64,000 bases of DNA from Candidatus Latescibacterota bacterium (GTDB taxonomy: Bacteria > Latescibacterota > UBA2968 > UBA8231). Where the stretch lies: NCBI GenBank assembly GCA_965208105.1, contig OZ242318.1, forward strand, positions 2,528,001 through 2,592,000, in the 5' to 3' direction. Below, in pieces: positions 1 through 10,132 of this stretch; position 1 is the stretch's first letter, and each line of letters starts with the position of its first letter. The notes under the pieces are model-generated. The model saw only the letters and a program-made list of their open reading frames with translations. It ran no database searches and was not told the DNA's origin. Position numbers and translations under genes: made by a program.

Positions 1-325
1 TGACATTCTCGTCGAACTAATGATCGTTCAACCAGCCTCGCCCCCACGCCTCTGCTCCCTGCGTGTGCAAGCCCATTATCCAGATGTGGCGTATTGGCAC
101 GAAAACGTTGGTTGCCTCCAGTTCACGAGTGCTCAACGTTCTCGCTGTGCGCCTATGGGTATTGTTACAGCGTTTCTGCGAAAGGAAATAGCGTGAAGTA
201 CCTTCCAAAGGAATCGACCCGCCCAAGCAGGGGCGATTGTCAGGTATTTACTGTAACTGTACAGCACTTCTTTCATGAGCGATTCTTCTCCATCGATACC
301 GGGTAGACCACTTTGACAAGACCTG

Positions 326-1291
326 TTATCTCTCAGTGATTACCCAATATTGGGTCCCGTCGGTTTGAATTTCAATATGGCCATATTCCCAGGTCCGATA
401 GATTTCCATGCTGGTCGCCTTCAACTGATTGTAAACCCGCTCCCCGTTTGGGTTGTTCACTGAAAGACCCCGAGGCATAGAAGCCACGCCGACTCTTGCA
501 TTCACAGCCTTAGCCCATGCTTCGCTGGTGCTACCGGCTCCGGCATGATGGCCTATCTTTAGAACGTCGGAGGTCAAATCTTTTCCCAACGCCATGATAC
601 GGTCTTCTTGTTCAAAGCCCGAATCCCCTGCAAGCATCATAGAGAAGTCCTTGTAGATGAGCCGCGTGACAATTGAATTATTGTTAATATAGTTTGGGAC
701 CTCCAACTCCGGCTCTGCCACTGACAAAACATCACCGAAAACACCGTCACCCAGGTCGAACATCTCTGCCTGTTTAACTTCAATCATAGGTATCTTCTTT
801 TTCGCACAGCCCTCTCTTATCTCCTGCACCATCTTTATGTAGATTGGCGCCCAACGCTCCGCCTCCAGGAGTTTCTCATCGGGTACAGGCGACCACAGAA
901 AAGCCTTAACCTCCACATCTTCTGACAGAAGGATTTCTGGCATTCCCCCAATATGGTCATCATGAATATGGCTGGCCATCATCCAGTCTATGGTGCTGAT
1001 GCCCCGCTGTCTCAGAAAGGACAATATCAAGTTTGTGCCATAACTGGGCTCTTTCCCGTTCGGATGAACAAAGTCAGAGGGCCATGAGGAATCGATGAGC
1101 ATAGTTTTGCCGCCAGGTGTAAGTATAAGAATCGCCTCGCATACAAACCCTTCAGGTGTTGCTGCGTTTTCATTATTGACGTTGAGCGTGATTATCCGCA
1201 GCAGGCTTTCTTCCCCGCCTTTGCTGAGACGTGGTGGCTCTTGGACCAGTTTGGCGCCCTGGTCTCTCCCATCTAGCAAGGTATAATTCAT
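326..1291 (-). CDS. ComEC/Rec2-like MBL-fold metallo-hydrolase
   Basis: SHIHDDHIGG (HxHxDH) motif, NNNSIV, LAGD, LKIGHH; AGGAG RBS; visibly more AT-rich than its neighbours. Confidence 0.8.
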   Translation of the reverse strand: MNYTLLDGRDQGAKLVQEPPRLSKGGEESLLRIITLNVNNENAATPEGFVCEAILILTPGGKTMLIDSSWPSDFVHPNGKEPSYGTNLILSFLRQRGISTIDWMMASHIHDDHIGGMPEILLSEDVEVKAFLWSPVPDEKLLEAERWAPIYIKMVQEIREGCAKKKIPMIEVKQAEMFDLGDGVFGDVLSVAEPELEVPNYINNNSIVTRLIYKDFSMMLAGDSGFEQEDRIMALGKDLTSDVLKIGHHAGAGSTSEAWAKAVNARVGVASMPRGLSVNNPNGERVYNQLKATSMEIYRTWEYGHIEIQTDGTQYWVITER

Positions 1292-1365
1292 GTTGGCTTT
1301 ATTTTCTCCTTTTTCAGCTTCTCAACTGCTTTGTTTCCACGAATCGAGGACCACATTGGTCCGAT

Positions 1366-2847
1366 TCACGAGCCGAATCTGTAAGAGTAAAGAACCCCGG
1401 GGCCGTCGACGCGGAAATGCAATCGCACCGTTTGATCTACAAACCGTCCCGGGTTGTTGCGTTGCGTTCCCCAGGTAATCTCGAAATCGGTCTGGTCGTC
1501 GCGCGTAAGCCCGTTGCAGGCCTCAAACCCGTATCCATCTGGCACCTCTGCGTCGCAAACGACACGAACGAGAATGCGCCCGTTCTCGCTTGACCCCTTG
1601 GTGCCGAAGACGCTGGCGTTTAGGAACAGCCGCGGAGCTTCGACCCGCACCGGTTCGGTCATCAGCTCGCCACCTCCCCCCGTGCACATCCCCACGAAGC
1701 CATCCTTGCGCAGAGTCGCAAGACCGATGGCCGCCTGAAATCTGTCATCGCTGCCGTGACGGCGCATGCCCGAATACCAAATGTGCAGGGTATTGTCTTT
1801 GAGTATGGGCGGATTCAGTGACGAGGATACCCAGCCGTTGTCCCATGCACCCGGGGATCCGATGGGCAGGAACGCTTCGCGCCGTGCCACCCGGCTCCAC
1901 TTCATGATGTCGCGGGCGGTGGCAAGTTCCGTCGCACCCTGGCCGGTTCCGGTGTAGAAAACCGCAAGAAACCCCAAGTACTGATTGCCGTAGACAAACG
2001 GCGTCATCAGCTCGAATTGGTCGCGCTCGTCGTCGAGGTCGTCCGGTTTCAGCACCGTTTGCATTGGCGTCCAGTGTGTGAAGTCTGCGCTCGTGCTCAG
2101 GGCGACCACTTTGCGGTACTGCTTCCACTGCAGAATGAAGTGATCAGCGATCGTGCCGGCGCGCCGAGACACTGCTATGTAACGCCGTTTCCCCGGATCA
2201 AAGAGTACGGCGCCGCCATCTCCCGATCTGGGGATAGCCGGTTCTTCATCCAGGGTCCAATGGATGCCGTCGGGCGAGTGGGCGGTGTACATTCCGTGCC
2301 TGTCGAGAACCGATTCAAAGTATCTCCGGCGCGCTTCTGGTGCAGCGCCTATCCCCGCTCTGGGAACATTGCCGGGGCGCTCCTGGTAATACCCCATCCT
2401 GTAACTCCGTTGCGGATCCGTTGCGTCGTCATCCTTGATGATCCCCCACGGATGCAGCGAGCTGTGTTCCGGGGGCGTTTCAGGCGTGGGATAGACGATG
2501 TTGTTGGCCTTGGAGCCGCGCCATACGCAGATGCCGAGCTCGGGCTTGTGCCAGCCAACGCCGTCCGGGGACGTGGCGTAACAGATGTACTTCTGCCCCT
2601 CATTCCCTGCGCCGGCGGGACCGTGAGTGAAATACCACATCTTGAAGAGGTTGTCGTTGCGGTCGTAAAGGACCGAACCCCACATCTGCACCGCTCTGCC
2701 CTCCCACGGTTGGTCGGCGCGCAGCACCGGCTCGACCTGCATCCGCGCCGGTTGCTGCACCTTGCGCACGAAGCCGGGATGATCCTGGATCTCGGCATCA
2801 TCCACGAAGAGGTGTAATCCTGGATCGTAGAGATCGCGGACCGTCAT
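1366..2847 (-). CDS. Five-bladed beta-propeller glycoside hydrolase-like protein (GH32/43/130 clan-like)
   Basis: HLFVDD N-terminus, FKMWY, YATSPDGVGWHKP and SPDGIHW repeats, GAWD, LRKDGF; paralogue of 15741-17246. Confidence 0.7.
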   Translation of the reverse strand: MTVRDLYDPGLHLFVDDAEIQDHPGFVRKVQQPARMQVEPVLRADQPWEGRAVQMWGSVLYDRNDNLFKMWYFTHGPAGAGNEGQKYICYATSPDGVGWHKPELGICVWRGSKANNIVYPTPETPPEHSSLHPWGIIKDDDATDPQRSYRMGYYQERPGNVPRAGIGAAPEARRRYFESVLDRHGMYTAHSPDGIHWTLDEEPAIPRSGDGGAVLFDPGKRRYIAVSRRAGTIADHFILQWKQYRKVVALSTSADFTHWTPMQTVLKPDDLDDERDQFELMTPFVYGNQYLGFLAVFYTGTGQGATELATARDIMKWSRVARREAFLPIGSPGAWDNGWVSSSLNPPILKDNTLHIWYSGMRRHGSDDRFQAAIGLATLRKDGFVGMCTGGGGELMTEPVRVEAPRLFLNASVFGTKGSSENGRILVRVVCDAEVPDGYGFEACNGLTRDDQTDFEITWGTQRNNPGRFVDQTVRLHFRVDGPGVLYSYRFGS

Positions 2848-2853
2848 AGGCGC

Positions 2854-3011
2854 TCAGATAATTTCGTGGTGTGTAACCCAGTACTCGATGAAGGCGAGGT
2901 CGGCATCGAGGCTGCCGTCGATGACCCAGTTCCGGCCCCAGTCCTCTACCTGCGCTTCCATGCCCAACCGCCACAGGAGCCGCACCGGCACGAAGAGCTC
3001 AACGGCTCGCA
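2854..3011 (-). pseudogene. 3' fragment of an unknown gene (…LRAVELFVPVRLLWRLG…EYWVTHHEII*) cut at an oriIS
   Basis: Coding-like frame ends 6 bp before the next start and runs upstream into the oriIS at 3016. Confidence 0.55.
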
Positions 3012-3015
3012 GAAG

Positions 3016-3089
3016 TATAGGAAGAATAAACACCGTTATCGGTAGTCGCGGCAAGCCAGCGGGTATGTGATCCTGTCCACCAGGCATTT
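3016..3089 (-). mobile_element. oriIS fragment of a second IS91/ISCR-like element
   Basis: Minus strand ends GTTTATTCTTCCTATA|CTTC, resembling the ISCR oriIS TTCCTATAC core; interior differs from the main repeat. Confidence 0.6.
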
Positions 3090-3093
3090 GAAG

Positions 3094-3272
3094 TATAGGT
3101 AAAATGAGGCACCTTTTTGGCCCTCTTGTCAAGGCGCCGAACACACCCAAGGGGCACAGGGTAAGCTTGCTGATGGTCGATACCAGCGGCCCACCACGCG
3201 CAGAAACACCGCCAGTACCTTCGAGACCCACTCGCCGTCGTAGGCGAGGCGGTAACGAATCGAGAGGGAGAG
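3094..3272 (-). mobile_element. IS91/ISCR remnant copy 1: 82-bp oriIS end fused to an N-terminal transposase fragment
   Basis: 3094-3175 matches the repeat; 3176-3272 minus encodes LSLSIRYRLAYDGEWVSKVLAVFLRVVGRWYR, overlapping the copy-6 transposase text LRVVGRWYRRQA. Confidence 0.8.
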
Positions 3273-3273
3273 G

Positions 3274-5703
3274 TTAGGGTACCCGCTTGCCGGTGCGCAG
3301 AAAGGTGATGTAGCGGCGCCGGTACTCCGCTTTGTAATCCGCGACGGCCTGCTCGTAACTCAACTGAGGTGCGTCGGCGATCGTGGCACCAACCAGTACC
3401 AGTTCGCGGGCCGCCAGTGGGAATAAGACGTGGCCGTCCTGCACGCGAATCTCGCTGCCGTCCAACTCGGCACGCTGCACATCGAAGAACCACGGTACCC
3501 GCACCCGCACCTGCTTCGGCGCCCAACGATATGCCGCGGGCAGGCGGATAATGATACGGTCGTTGTAGCGCTTCACCGTGAAGCTGAGCGGCCCGAACGA
3601 GGTGGGGGCATCACGGACCTCGAGGGGATTGTCCGGCTGCAGCCACTCGGGCGACAGGGCGGAGAGCAGGACGAGGTCCTCGCCCTGTTCGCGCACCAGC
3701 ATGTTGCGAATCAGCTCGATGGTCTTTGCCCCGGTAAGCCCCTGAGGTAGAAGATTGTGGGCGTGGTTCACCTCGCGGGTGCTCCACGGTATGGTGCCAA
3801 ACTCGCCCGGTAGATGGGTCGAGGTCGTGTGCAACAGCAGGGCATACAGAATGCGCACCGCTTCTTCCTGGTCAGCCAGGTGTCCCCGCACCAGCAGAGT
3901 TTGCGCATTGTTGGGCGACTGCCAGTAGTGGATGCCGGGTTGTTCGTTGTAGCGGATCTCATCGCCCTCCTCCGCGATCGCCATTGGCCAGGTGTAGGCG
4001 AGCAGACCTTCCTGGTAGCGTGCACGGGTGGTGTTCAGGGTAGCGTCGACGCGCGGGTCCTCCGGATCAAACAGTACCTCGGGGTACAGCGTCAGCAAGT
4101 TGTCCCAGTCGTTACCCGCCGTGGTGCGATCAAGTGCCGGCGGGATGTAACCACCGGTCAGCGCCGTCTGCTTCTCCAGCAGCCGCTCGAACGCCGCACG
4201 GAAGCGCTGCGCCTGCGCCTCGAAACGAGCCGCCTCGTCGGACCTGCCCATCTCCCGGGCCATGAAAACGGCGTGCCGCAGACCGATAAGGGCCCAAAAG
4301 TGCTGGCCCGTCTGGCGGCAATCCTTGAGGTAGGCATCGTCGGAAATCGTGGTCGTTGGAAAGACCCCAAACTCGTCGGCAGCGGTGATACGCTCGTGCC
4401 ACGCCACAGCTCTCAGCACCCCGGGATAGACGGTCTCGAGAAAGGTTCGGTCGCGGGTGAGCTGGTAGTGGCGACCCCAGTTCCACAGGTTCCAACCGAA
4501 CAGCTCCCAGTACCGCGGTTCCTCCTCGTCGTCGAACATGGGAAAAACTCCGTCAGGACGTTGCCTGGAGAGGAAGTACAGGAGCGCTTGCCGCGAGTCG
4601 TCGAGCAGTCCCATCAGTTCAAACGCGTGGACCATGGTGCCGGTGTCGCAGCCGCCGTACCAGTGGTGATACTGGAACTTGTTGACGTTGACGACCGTGT
4701 CATCGCCGATCTGATCGATGGCCAGCAGGTTCGAAACGGTGTTGGCCAGCAGATACTCCTGCACCTTCGCCTCGGGGAAACTGAACGGAGCGACCGCCGC
4801 GACCTTACCCTCCCAGAACGCCATCGTCTCCCGGAAGAGGGCATCGATGTCGGCGCCCCGGACCTGGCTGGCCGCGGACGAGTCGCCGGGTAGTGGCGTC
4901 AGCGGCAACCTGAAATCCAGCGACCTGCTCTGACCGGCCCCCAGCGGCAGGCAATAGATCGTCACCCCGAGCGGCGCGTGGGCGTCGAAGTGGTATTGCC
5001 GTTCCGACCCCGCCACACCAGGGCCGCGCTCGCCCTCGACCTCACCGGAGAAAAACCGCACCATGCGGACAGCCGCATCCCCCAGCGCCATGGTTCGTTT
5101 GGGCGCCGGGTCGGTCGGGAAGACGTATAACATGCGGTCGTCGCGCAGCAGCGCGTCGCTGCACCATGCGTAAGTCCAGGACGGGTCATAGTCCGTTTGT
5201 CCCTCGACCAGCTCTCGCTGGAGATGCTCCGTTTTTTGTCGAAAGCGGTAATCGGGCACGCCCCGGCTGTAGATCGTGTTTGCCGGTGCGCTGAATCGCC
5301 AGGCGGCGCTCACGTGCGGCGTGCGCGGTTCCGAAGTCAGCGTGTTCGTCACCGTGACACGCAGGAAGCTGACTGGCATTCCCCGCAGATCCCCGCCAAG
5401 GTCAGCGGCAAAACACTGGAAGAAGTACCTGACTCCGTCCCGATCGAGATCGTACTCGATCACGGGCAGGTAGCCGCGGTTACGGGTGCGGATGCGGGCT
5501 TCGACCGGCTCGGGCGGATTCCCGGTAAAGACCATCAATTCGCCGAACCCTGTGTAGAGATATCCTTCCGGGGTAACCTCCACCGCCACCGGCGCCCCCC
5601 AGGCACCCAAAACATCGTTCGGGTGTGCGAAGTACGAGAAGGGCTTGTCCGGAGGATCCATCCGTTCGGGATCCACCATGCCCAACGATTCGGTATTTAT
5701 CAT
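3274..5703 (-). CDS. Large six-hairpin (alpha/alpha)6 glycosidase-like protein, 809 aa
   Basis: KFQYHHWY, RQRPDG, HYQLTRDRTFLETVYP, C-terminal APTSFGPLSF, typical of GH15/GH63/GH116-like folds. Confidence 0.65.
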   Translation of the reverse strand: MINTESLGMVDPERMDPPDKPFSYFAHPNDVLGAWGAPVAVEVTPEGYLYTGFGELMVFTGNPPEPVEARIRTRNRGYLPVIEYDLDRDGVRYFFQCFAADLGGDLRGMPVSFLRVTVTNTLTSEPRTPHVSAAWRFSAPANTIYSRGVPDYRFRQKTEHLQRELVEGQTDYDPSWTYAWCSDALLRDDRMLYVFPTDPAPKRTMALGDAAVRMVRFFSGEVEGERGPGVAGSERQYHFDAHAPLGVTIYCLPLGAGQSRSLDFRLPLTPLPGDSSAASQVRGADIDALFRETMAFWEGKVAAVAPFSFPEAKVQEYLLANTVSNLLAIDQIGDDTVVNVNKFQYHHWYGGCDTGTMVHAFELMGLLDDSRQALLYFLSRQRPDGVFPMFDDEEEPRYWELFGWNLWNWGRHYQLTRDRTFLETVYPGVLRAVAWHERITAADEFGVFPTTTISDDAYLKDCRQTGQHFWALIGLRHAVFMAREMGRSDEAARFEAQAQRFRAAFERLLEKQTALTGGYIPPALDRTTAGNDWDNLLTLYPEVLFDPEDPRVDATLNTTRARYQEGLLAYTWPMAIAEEGDEIRYNEQPGIHYWQSPNNAQTLLVRGHLADQEEAVRILYALLLHTTSTHLPGEFGTIPWSTREVNHAHNLLPQGLTGAKTIELIRNMLVREQGEDLVLLSALSPEWLQPDNPLEVRDAPTSFGPLSFTVKRYNDRIIIRLPAAYRWAPKQVRVRVPWFFDVQRAELDGSEIRVQDGHVLFPLAARELVLVGATIADAPQLSYEQAVADYKAEYRRRYITFLRTGKRVP

Positions 5704-5721
5704 GGGTTGATCCCCTGCGAA

Positions 5722-6528
5722 TCAGGCGGGCGACCGGATCGCTTTGACGATCTCCTTGGTGTTGGTGATGTGGGTTATTGCCATCAACTCCAAGGTTTCC
5801 GGGGATAGACTCGCTCGGGTCTCTTCCGACAGGTCGACAACATCGATGCCGTAGTGCTGCGGATAGTACCGCAGGGCCAGGGTGCAACGATCCCGCTCGG
5901 CCGGCTTCCAGGGCAGGGTGCCGTGAGTGAGCAACTCGGAGATGATGACGAAATCACCGGCGCGCGGGGTAAGATTCACTACGCCGGGAGGGATGTCTGC
6001 CGTGATTTTATTGCCGCCATAAAACAGGTCGCGGGGACGTTCGAACTGTGATTTGTGGGAGCCGGGAACGACAATAAGGCCGCCGTCGCCGGGGAAAACG
6101 TCCGTGAGGTACGGGAAGACCACCAGATTGTCGCAGAAGATGCGGCCGTCTTCGATTGTATAGCGCGTGCCCGGCCCCTCCCAATCTTCGCGGGCGCAGT
6201 GCAGGTTGGTGCCCTCGTTTTTTCTGTCGACGAGCAATGTGCCGCTGCCGAAACGCGGCTTGTCGTGGGTGAGATCGCAAATGATGGGCAAAGTAACCGG
6301 ATGTCTGGTCAGGATTTCGAGAGCCTCGTCGAAGGCAAAGCCGTTGTCGTAGCCGTAAAACCCCGGCTCCAGCTCACGACAACCAAAGTCATGAGGCAGC
6401 TGCTCGGGCGGGGTGCTGACATAGCGCTTGACCGCCTCCTGTGCCCGGCGCAGTTCCTCGTCGCTGAGGGCGTTTTCGAGATGCAGGTAGCCGGTCACGT
6501 CGAAGAGATAGCGCTGTTCGGGCGTCAT
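5722..6528 (-). CDS. PhyH-family Fe(II)/2OG oxygenase, HCA variant
   Basis: MTPEQRYLFDVTGYLHL, GDGGLIVVPGSHK, ELLTHGTLPW; start taken at ATG 6528 after an AAAGGA RBS. Confidence 0.85.
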   Translation of the reverse strand: MTPEQRYLFDVTGYLHLENALSDEELRRAQEAVKRYVSTPPEQLPHDFGCRELEPGFYGYDNGFAFDEALEILTRHPVTLPIICDLTHDKPRFGSGTLLVDRKNEGTNLHCAREDWEGPGTRYTIEDGRIFCDNLVVFPYLTDVFPGDGGLIVVPGSHKSQFERPRDLFYGGNKITADIPPGVVNLTPRAGDFVIISELLTHGTLPWKPAERDRCTLALRYYPQHYGIDVVDLSEETRASLSPETLELMAITHITNTKEIVKAIRSPA

Positions 6529-6620
6529 TGCGGGTCCTTTCGTTGTTGGCCGCCGCGAGCTCGTTCGGTTACTCAAAACCGCGACGCGGTGTGATCATCG
6601 AGGGTCCAGAAGCCCCGGAG

Positions 6621-6770
6621 CTACAGAAAAATCGGATTCGACCACGCATATCCGTCTTCGCCGTCCCAGATCTCGCCGCGGAAATAGCACCCTGCCGGCA
6701 TCGGGTTGCTGATGAAGCCTAGTTCCCGCATTCCCGCGATCAGGGCCTCGGTCCGCGCCGGCGTCGCCAA
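6621..6770 (-). pseudogene. 3' fragment, possibly PHP/CehA-McbA-like metallohydrolase (…YFRGEIWDGEDGYAWSNPIFL*)
   Basis: Manual translation gives an AWSNPIF C-terminus; truncated upstream at oriIS copy 2. Confidence 0.55.
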
Positions 6771-6771
6771 G

Positions 6772-7043
6772 TATAGGTAAAATGAGGCACCTTTTTGGCC
6801 CTCTTGTCAATGCGCCGAACACACCCAAGGGGCACAGGGTAAGCTTGCTGATGATCGTTTGCAGGTCGTTGGGCAGGGCTCGCAGTACGGTTTGGTTGTC
6901 TGTGGGCCCGTATCGGGTCCAATCCGGTACTCGATGAGGCCATTCAGGACGCACTTCTCCCTACGGCTCTCGGCGCAGGGAGCGAATCGCGGATGAGATC
7001 AGGCGGCGAACTCGAACTGCGGCTGCGGCGGGGCCCTCGGCGG
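6772..7043 (-). mobile_element. IS91/ISCR remnant copy 2 (227-bp oriIS module + about 45 bp transposase tail)
   Basis: Near-identical to copies 3-5; flanked by CAAG on plus; tail PPRAPPQPQFEFAA*. Confidence 0.9.
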
Positions 7044-7107
7044 CGAATATCTTGACCATCGGGGTGATGAGGCCGTACATTCCGTAGGCGCAGATCTTTG
7101 TTGGCAT
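7044..7107 (-). pseudogene. 5' stub of an unknown gene (MPTKICAYGMYGLITPMVKIF)
   Basis: AGGAGAGGGG RBS plus ATG; frame runs into the transposase tail. Confidence 0.4.
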
Positions 7108-7424
7108 CCGTGATCCCCTCTCCTATCAGTTCAAACGCAGACCCAGAGAACCGTCTGACCCCTGTTGCGACCAATCTACGCGGCCGGGATCGGCCAGGGC
7201 AGCGGCTGCGGATTCCACGCCTGCGCTTTCAATGCCATAGAAAGCTTGGCGATTTCCGGCATCGGCGCCAGTGAGCGCGAGAATCCCGCTGCGAGGTAGC
7301 AGCGATGTCGGGGTTTTGGCACTTTTGAGTGTTCAACCGGGGCCGGCGACGGGTTGACGGCGCAGCGACTCGAACTGCAGGATGAACCTGCCAGACAGAA
7401 AGCCGTTGCCGAGCAGGATTGCGA

Positions 7425-8222
7425 ATGAACGAAAAAGAGCGGTTTCTGTTCGACCTGCGGGGTTACGTGGTCGTGGAGGATGCGCTCGCTCCTTCCGATT
7501 TGATCGCTGCCAATGCCGCGGTCGACCACCACCTCCATTTGATCCGGAAGCGGGAACCCGGACTCGCCCAGGGCGGGGAAAACCTGGTGGCGGCGACCGG
7601 TAGGGGGGAATTCCGACAGGATCCGCTGACGTTCGAACGTCCCTGGTGCGAACCGTTCCGGGAGATGCTGACTCATCCGGCGATCGTCGACATCTTCAAC
7701 GAACTTCTGGGCCCGGGATTCCGTCTGGATCACGGTCCCGGTCTCATCCAGATGGACAATACCACCGAAGGCCACCGGCTGCACGGCGGCATGACCTTCG
7801 ATCCCAGCCAGTACCATGGTTTCAGTCATGGCAGAATGCACTGCGGGCTCTGTGTCGCCGCCTGGCAGTTGACCGATGTGGAGCCCGGGGATGGCGGGTT
7901 CGCCTGTATTCCGGGCAGCCACAAGGCCAATTACAAACCGCCGCTGGAGGTGCTGAAACTCGACCAGGACTGGGGCTGCGTCGAGCAGGTGGCGGCGCCC
8001 GCCGGGGCACTGGTCATCTTCAACGAGGCCCTGGTTCACGGCACGCTGCCGTGGAGACCGCCCGATCGCCTGCGTCGCTCGGTCCTGTTCAAGTATTCCC
8101 CAGGGTTCATCTCCTGGGGCGCCCCACACCAACAATGCCCGATCGCCGATGCGACCCCCGAGGAAGCCGCACTCTACGAGCCGCCGCGGCGAACCGACCG
8201 CCCCGAACTGGGGGGAGCTTGA
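7425..8222 (+). CDS. PhyH-family Fe(II)/2OG oxygenase, HGG variant
   Basis: ERFLFDLRGYVVV, RLHGG, GDGGFACIPGSHK, EALVHGTLPW. Confidence 0.85.
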   Translation: MNEKERFLFDLRGYVVVEDALAPSDLIAANAAVDHHLHLIRKREPGLAQGGENLVAATGRGEFRQDPLTFERPWCEPFREMLTHPAIVDIFNELLGPGFRLDHGPGLIQMDNTTEGHRLHGGMTFDPSQYHGFSHGRMHCGLCVAAWQLTDVEPGDGGFACIPGSHKANYKPPLEVLKLDQDWGCVEQVAAPAGALVIFNEALVHGTLPWRPPDRLRRSVLFKYSPGFISWGAPHQQCPIADATPEEAALYEPPRRTDRPELGGA

Positions 8223-8351
8223 GGCGCCGCCTCGTCTGGCGTACTCGACCGACAACCGGAGCTTGCCGGGTGGTTGCTTTTTTGGTTAGGTATGGCCCGC
8301 CTCGACGTCACCTTCATCGCCACCAGAGCCCCCGCGGAGAAGACCGGAATC

Positions 8352-9674
8352 ATGCCTCAACCCAACATCCTTTTCATCCTTGCGGACGACTTGGGATGGG
8401 CTGATTTGGGAATGCATGGCGCTCCCGTATCGACCCCCAACATCGACCTGCTTGCCAAAGAGGGCGTGGAATTGATGGCCCACTACGTCTGCCCCATGTG
8501 CACGCCGACGCGGGCGTCGCTGCTGACCGGACGTCACCCCAGTCGTTTTGGACCCAACCCCACTTCGCCAACAAACCTACCGGTGCTGCCGGACGGGTAC
8601 GAAACCCTGGCGACACTGCTGCGAGACGCCGGCTACGATACCGGGTTGTTCGGCAAGTGGCATCTCGGCTCCAGCCCCCAGTTCGGACCCAACCACTACG
8701 GGTTCAACAGATCGTATGGCTCGCTGGCCGGCGGCGTGGATCCATTCAACCACTTCTACAAGGAAGGCGAGTATTCGACCACCTGGCACCGCAACGGCGA
8801 GCTTCTGGAAGAGCGCGGTCACGTTACTGACCTGATCGTGCGCGAAGCCCGCGAGTGGATCGAGAGCCGCGAGCAACCGTGGTTTTGCTACGTTCCGTTC
8901 ACCGCGGTGCACGTACCGATCAAACCCACCTCCGAATGGTACGCGCGATATGCCGGGGAGCAATTCGATGAGGACCCGCTGCGCGACCTCTCCTACAAGA
9001 AATACGCCGCCTATACCAGCCACATGGACCATGGGGTCGGTCTGTTGCTCGACAGCCTGGAGATCACCTGCCAACGCCAGGACACTATCGTCGTGTTCGC
9101 CTCCGACAACGGCGCTATAAACGATTGCCCGCTCCACGGAACGGACAAATATCCCGGCTGGCAGGTCGACTACCCGCGACTGGGTTCGAACCTGCCCTTT
9201 CGCGGTGTGAAGGCGCAACTCTACGAGGGCGGAATCCGCACTCCAACCATCGTCAACTGGCAGGGCAAGCTCGATCCTGGCGTGCGCGACCGACCGGTGC
9301 AGGTGGTGGATTGGATGCCGACGTTCATGGCTATGCTGAACCTGCAACCCCAGCGCGAACACCAGTTTGACGGCGTCGACATATGGCCGCTGATCTCTGC
9401 CAACAAGCCGGGGCCCGCACGCAATCTCTTCTGGAATTTCCGCGGTGATCGGGCATTGGGTTTGAGACACGGCGATTGGAAGCTGATCGACACTGCCGCG
9501 GAGAACGGTCGTGTGCGGGAGTTGTTCAACATCGCCGAGGATCCCGGGGAAGAAAAAGATCTGGCCTCAGAAAGGGCTGACCTGGTTGCGGAGCTGAGCG
9601 AATTGATCGAACAGGAACGCCGGCTGGACGGCAGCGAAGCGCGACCCGACGTGACCGACTACGAGGATATGTAG
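8352..9674 (+). CDS. Arylsulfatase (S1 family)
   Basis: PNILFILADDLGW, CTPTRASLLTGR (CxPxR), GKWHLG, SDNG, YEGGIR. Confidence 0.92.
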   Translation: MPQPNILFILADDLGWADLGMHGAPVSTPNIDLLAKEGVELMAHYVCPMCTPTRASLLTGRHPSRFGPNPTSPTNLPVLPDGYETLATLLRDAGYDTGLFGKWHLGSSPQFGPNHYGFNRSYGSLAGGVDPFNHFYKEGEYSTTWHRNGELLEERGHVTDLIVREAREWIESREQPWFCYVPFTAVHVPIKPTSEWYARYAGEQFDEDPLRDLSYKKYAAYTSHMDHGVGLLLDSLEITCQRQDTIVVFASDNGAINDCPLHGTDKYPGWQVDYPRLGSNLPFRGVKAQLYEGGIRTPTIVNWQGKLDPGVRDRPVQVVDWMPTFMAMLNLQPQREHQFDGVDIWPLISANKPGPARNLFWNFRGDRALGLRHGDWKLIDTAAENGRVRELFNIAEDPGEEKDLASERADLVAELSELIEQERRLDGSEARPDVTDYEDM

Positions 9675-9717
9675 AGGCGCCGGGGCTTCTTGCCGTTCCC
9701 GTTTGTCCTGTCCACGG

Positions 9718-10116
9718 GAAGGCTCCATGAAACTTCAAAGCAAAACCGTCCAGCATCTCTTCATCCGGTTGCTCGGGGAAGATACCTCCTTTGGTGGCCC
9801 CGGCTGCGTTTATCAGGATGTCGCATCGTCCGATTGCCCCGAGCGGAGCTTTGGTGGCCTCCTGGCAGCTGGTCAGCTCGCGCAAGTCGGCGGCATGGAA
9901 CGCCGTCTCCACGTACGGAAAGGTGTGATTCGGGTAGTTGTCGTAATAACGGAGGGCGTAGTTGCGGTACTGAGGTCCGTCCTGGCGCAGAAACGGTTGG
10001 GATGGATGCTCTTGTTGTAGCCTGACACGTTCGCCAAGCGCGTCAGTTGCCGCCAACCCCACCCATGACACGAGAATGAGGGCGATTATCATCGGTCTGT
10101 CATGCTTCTTGTTCAC
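9718..10116 (-). pseudogene. Chimeric remnant: N-terminus of a secreted protein fused to an internal SDR oxidoreductase fragment
   Basis: Signal-peptide-like MIIALILVSWVGLAATDA…, then an abrupt switch near 9910 to AADL…GRCDILINAAG…LKFHG. Confidence 0.6.
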
Positions 10117-10132
10117 ACTCGGACCCTGCCTG

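Noticed and set aside
1-325. Short ORFs at the window start
   Set aside because: No recognisable motif or RBS; probably intergenic or a fragment of an island that extends beyond the window.
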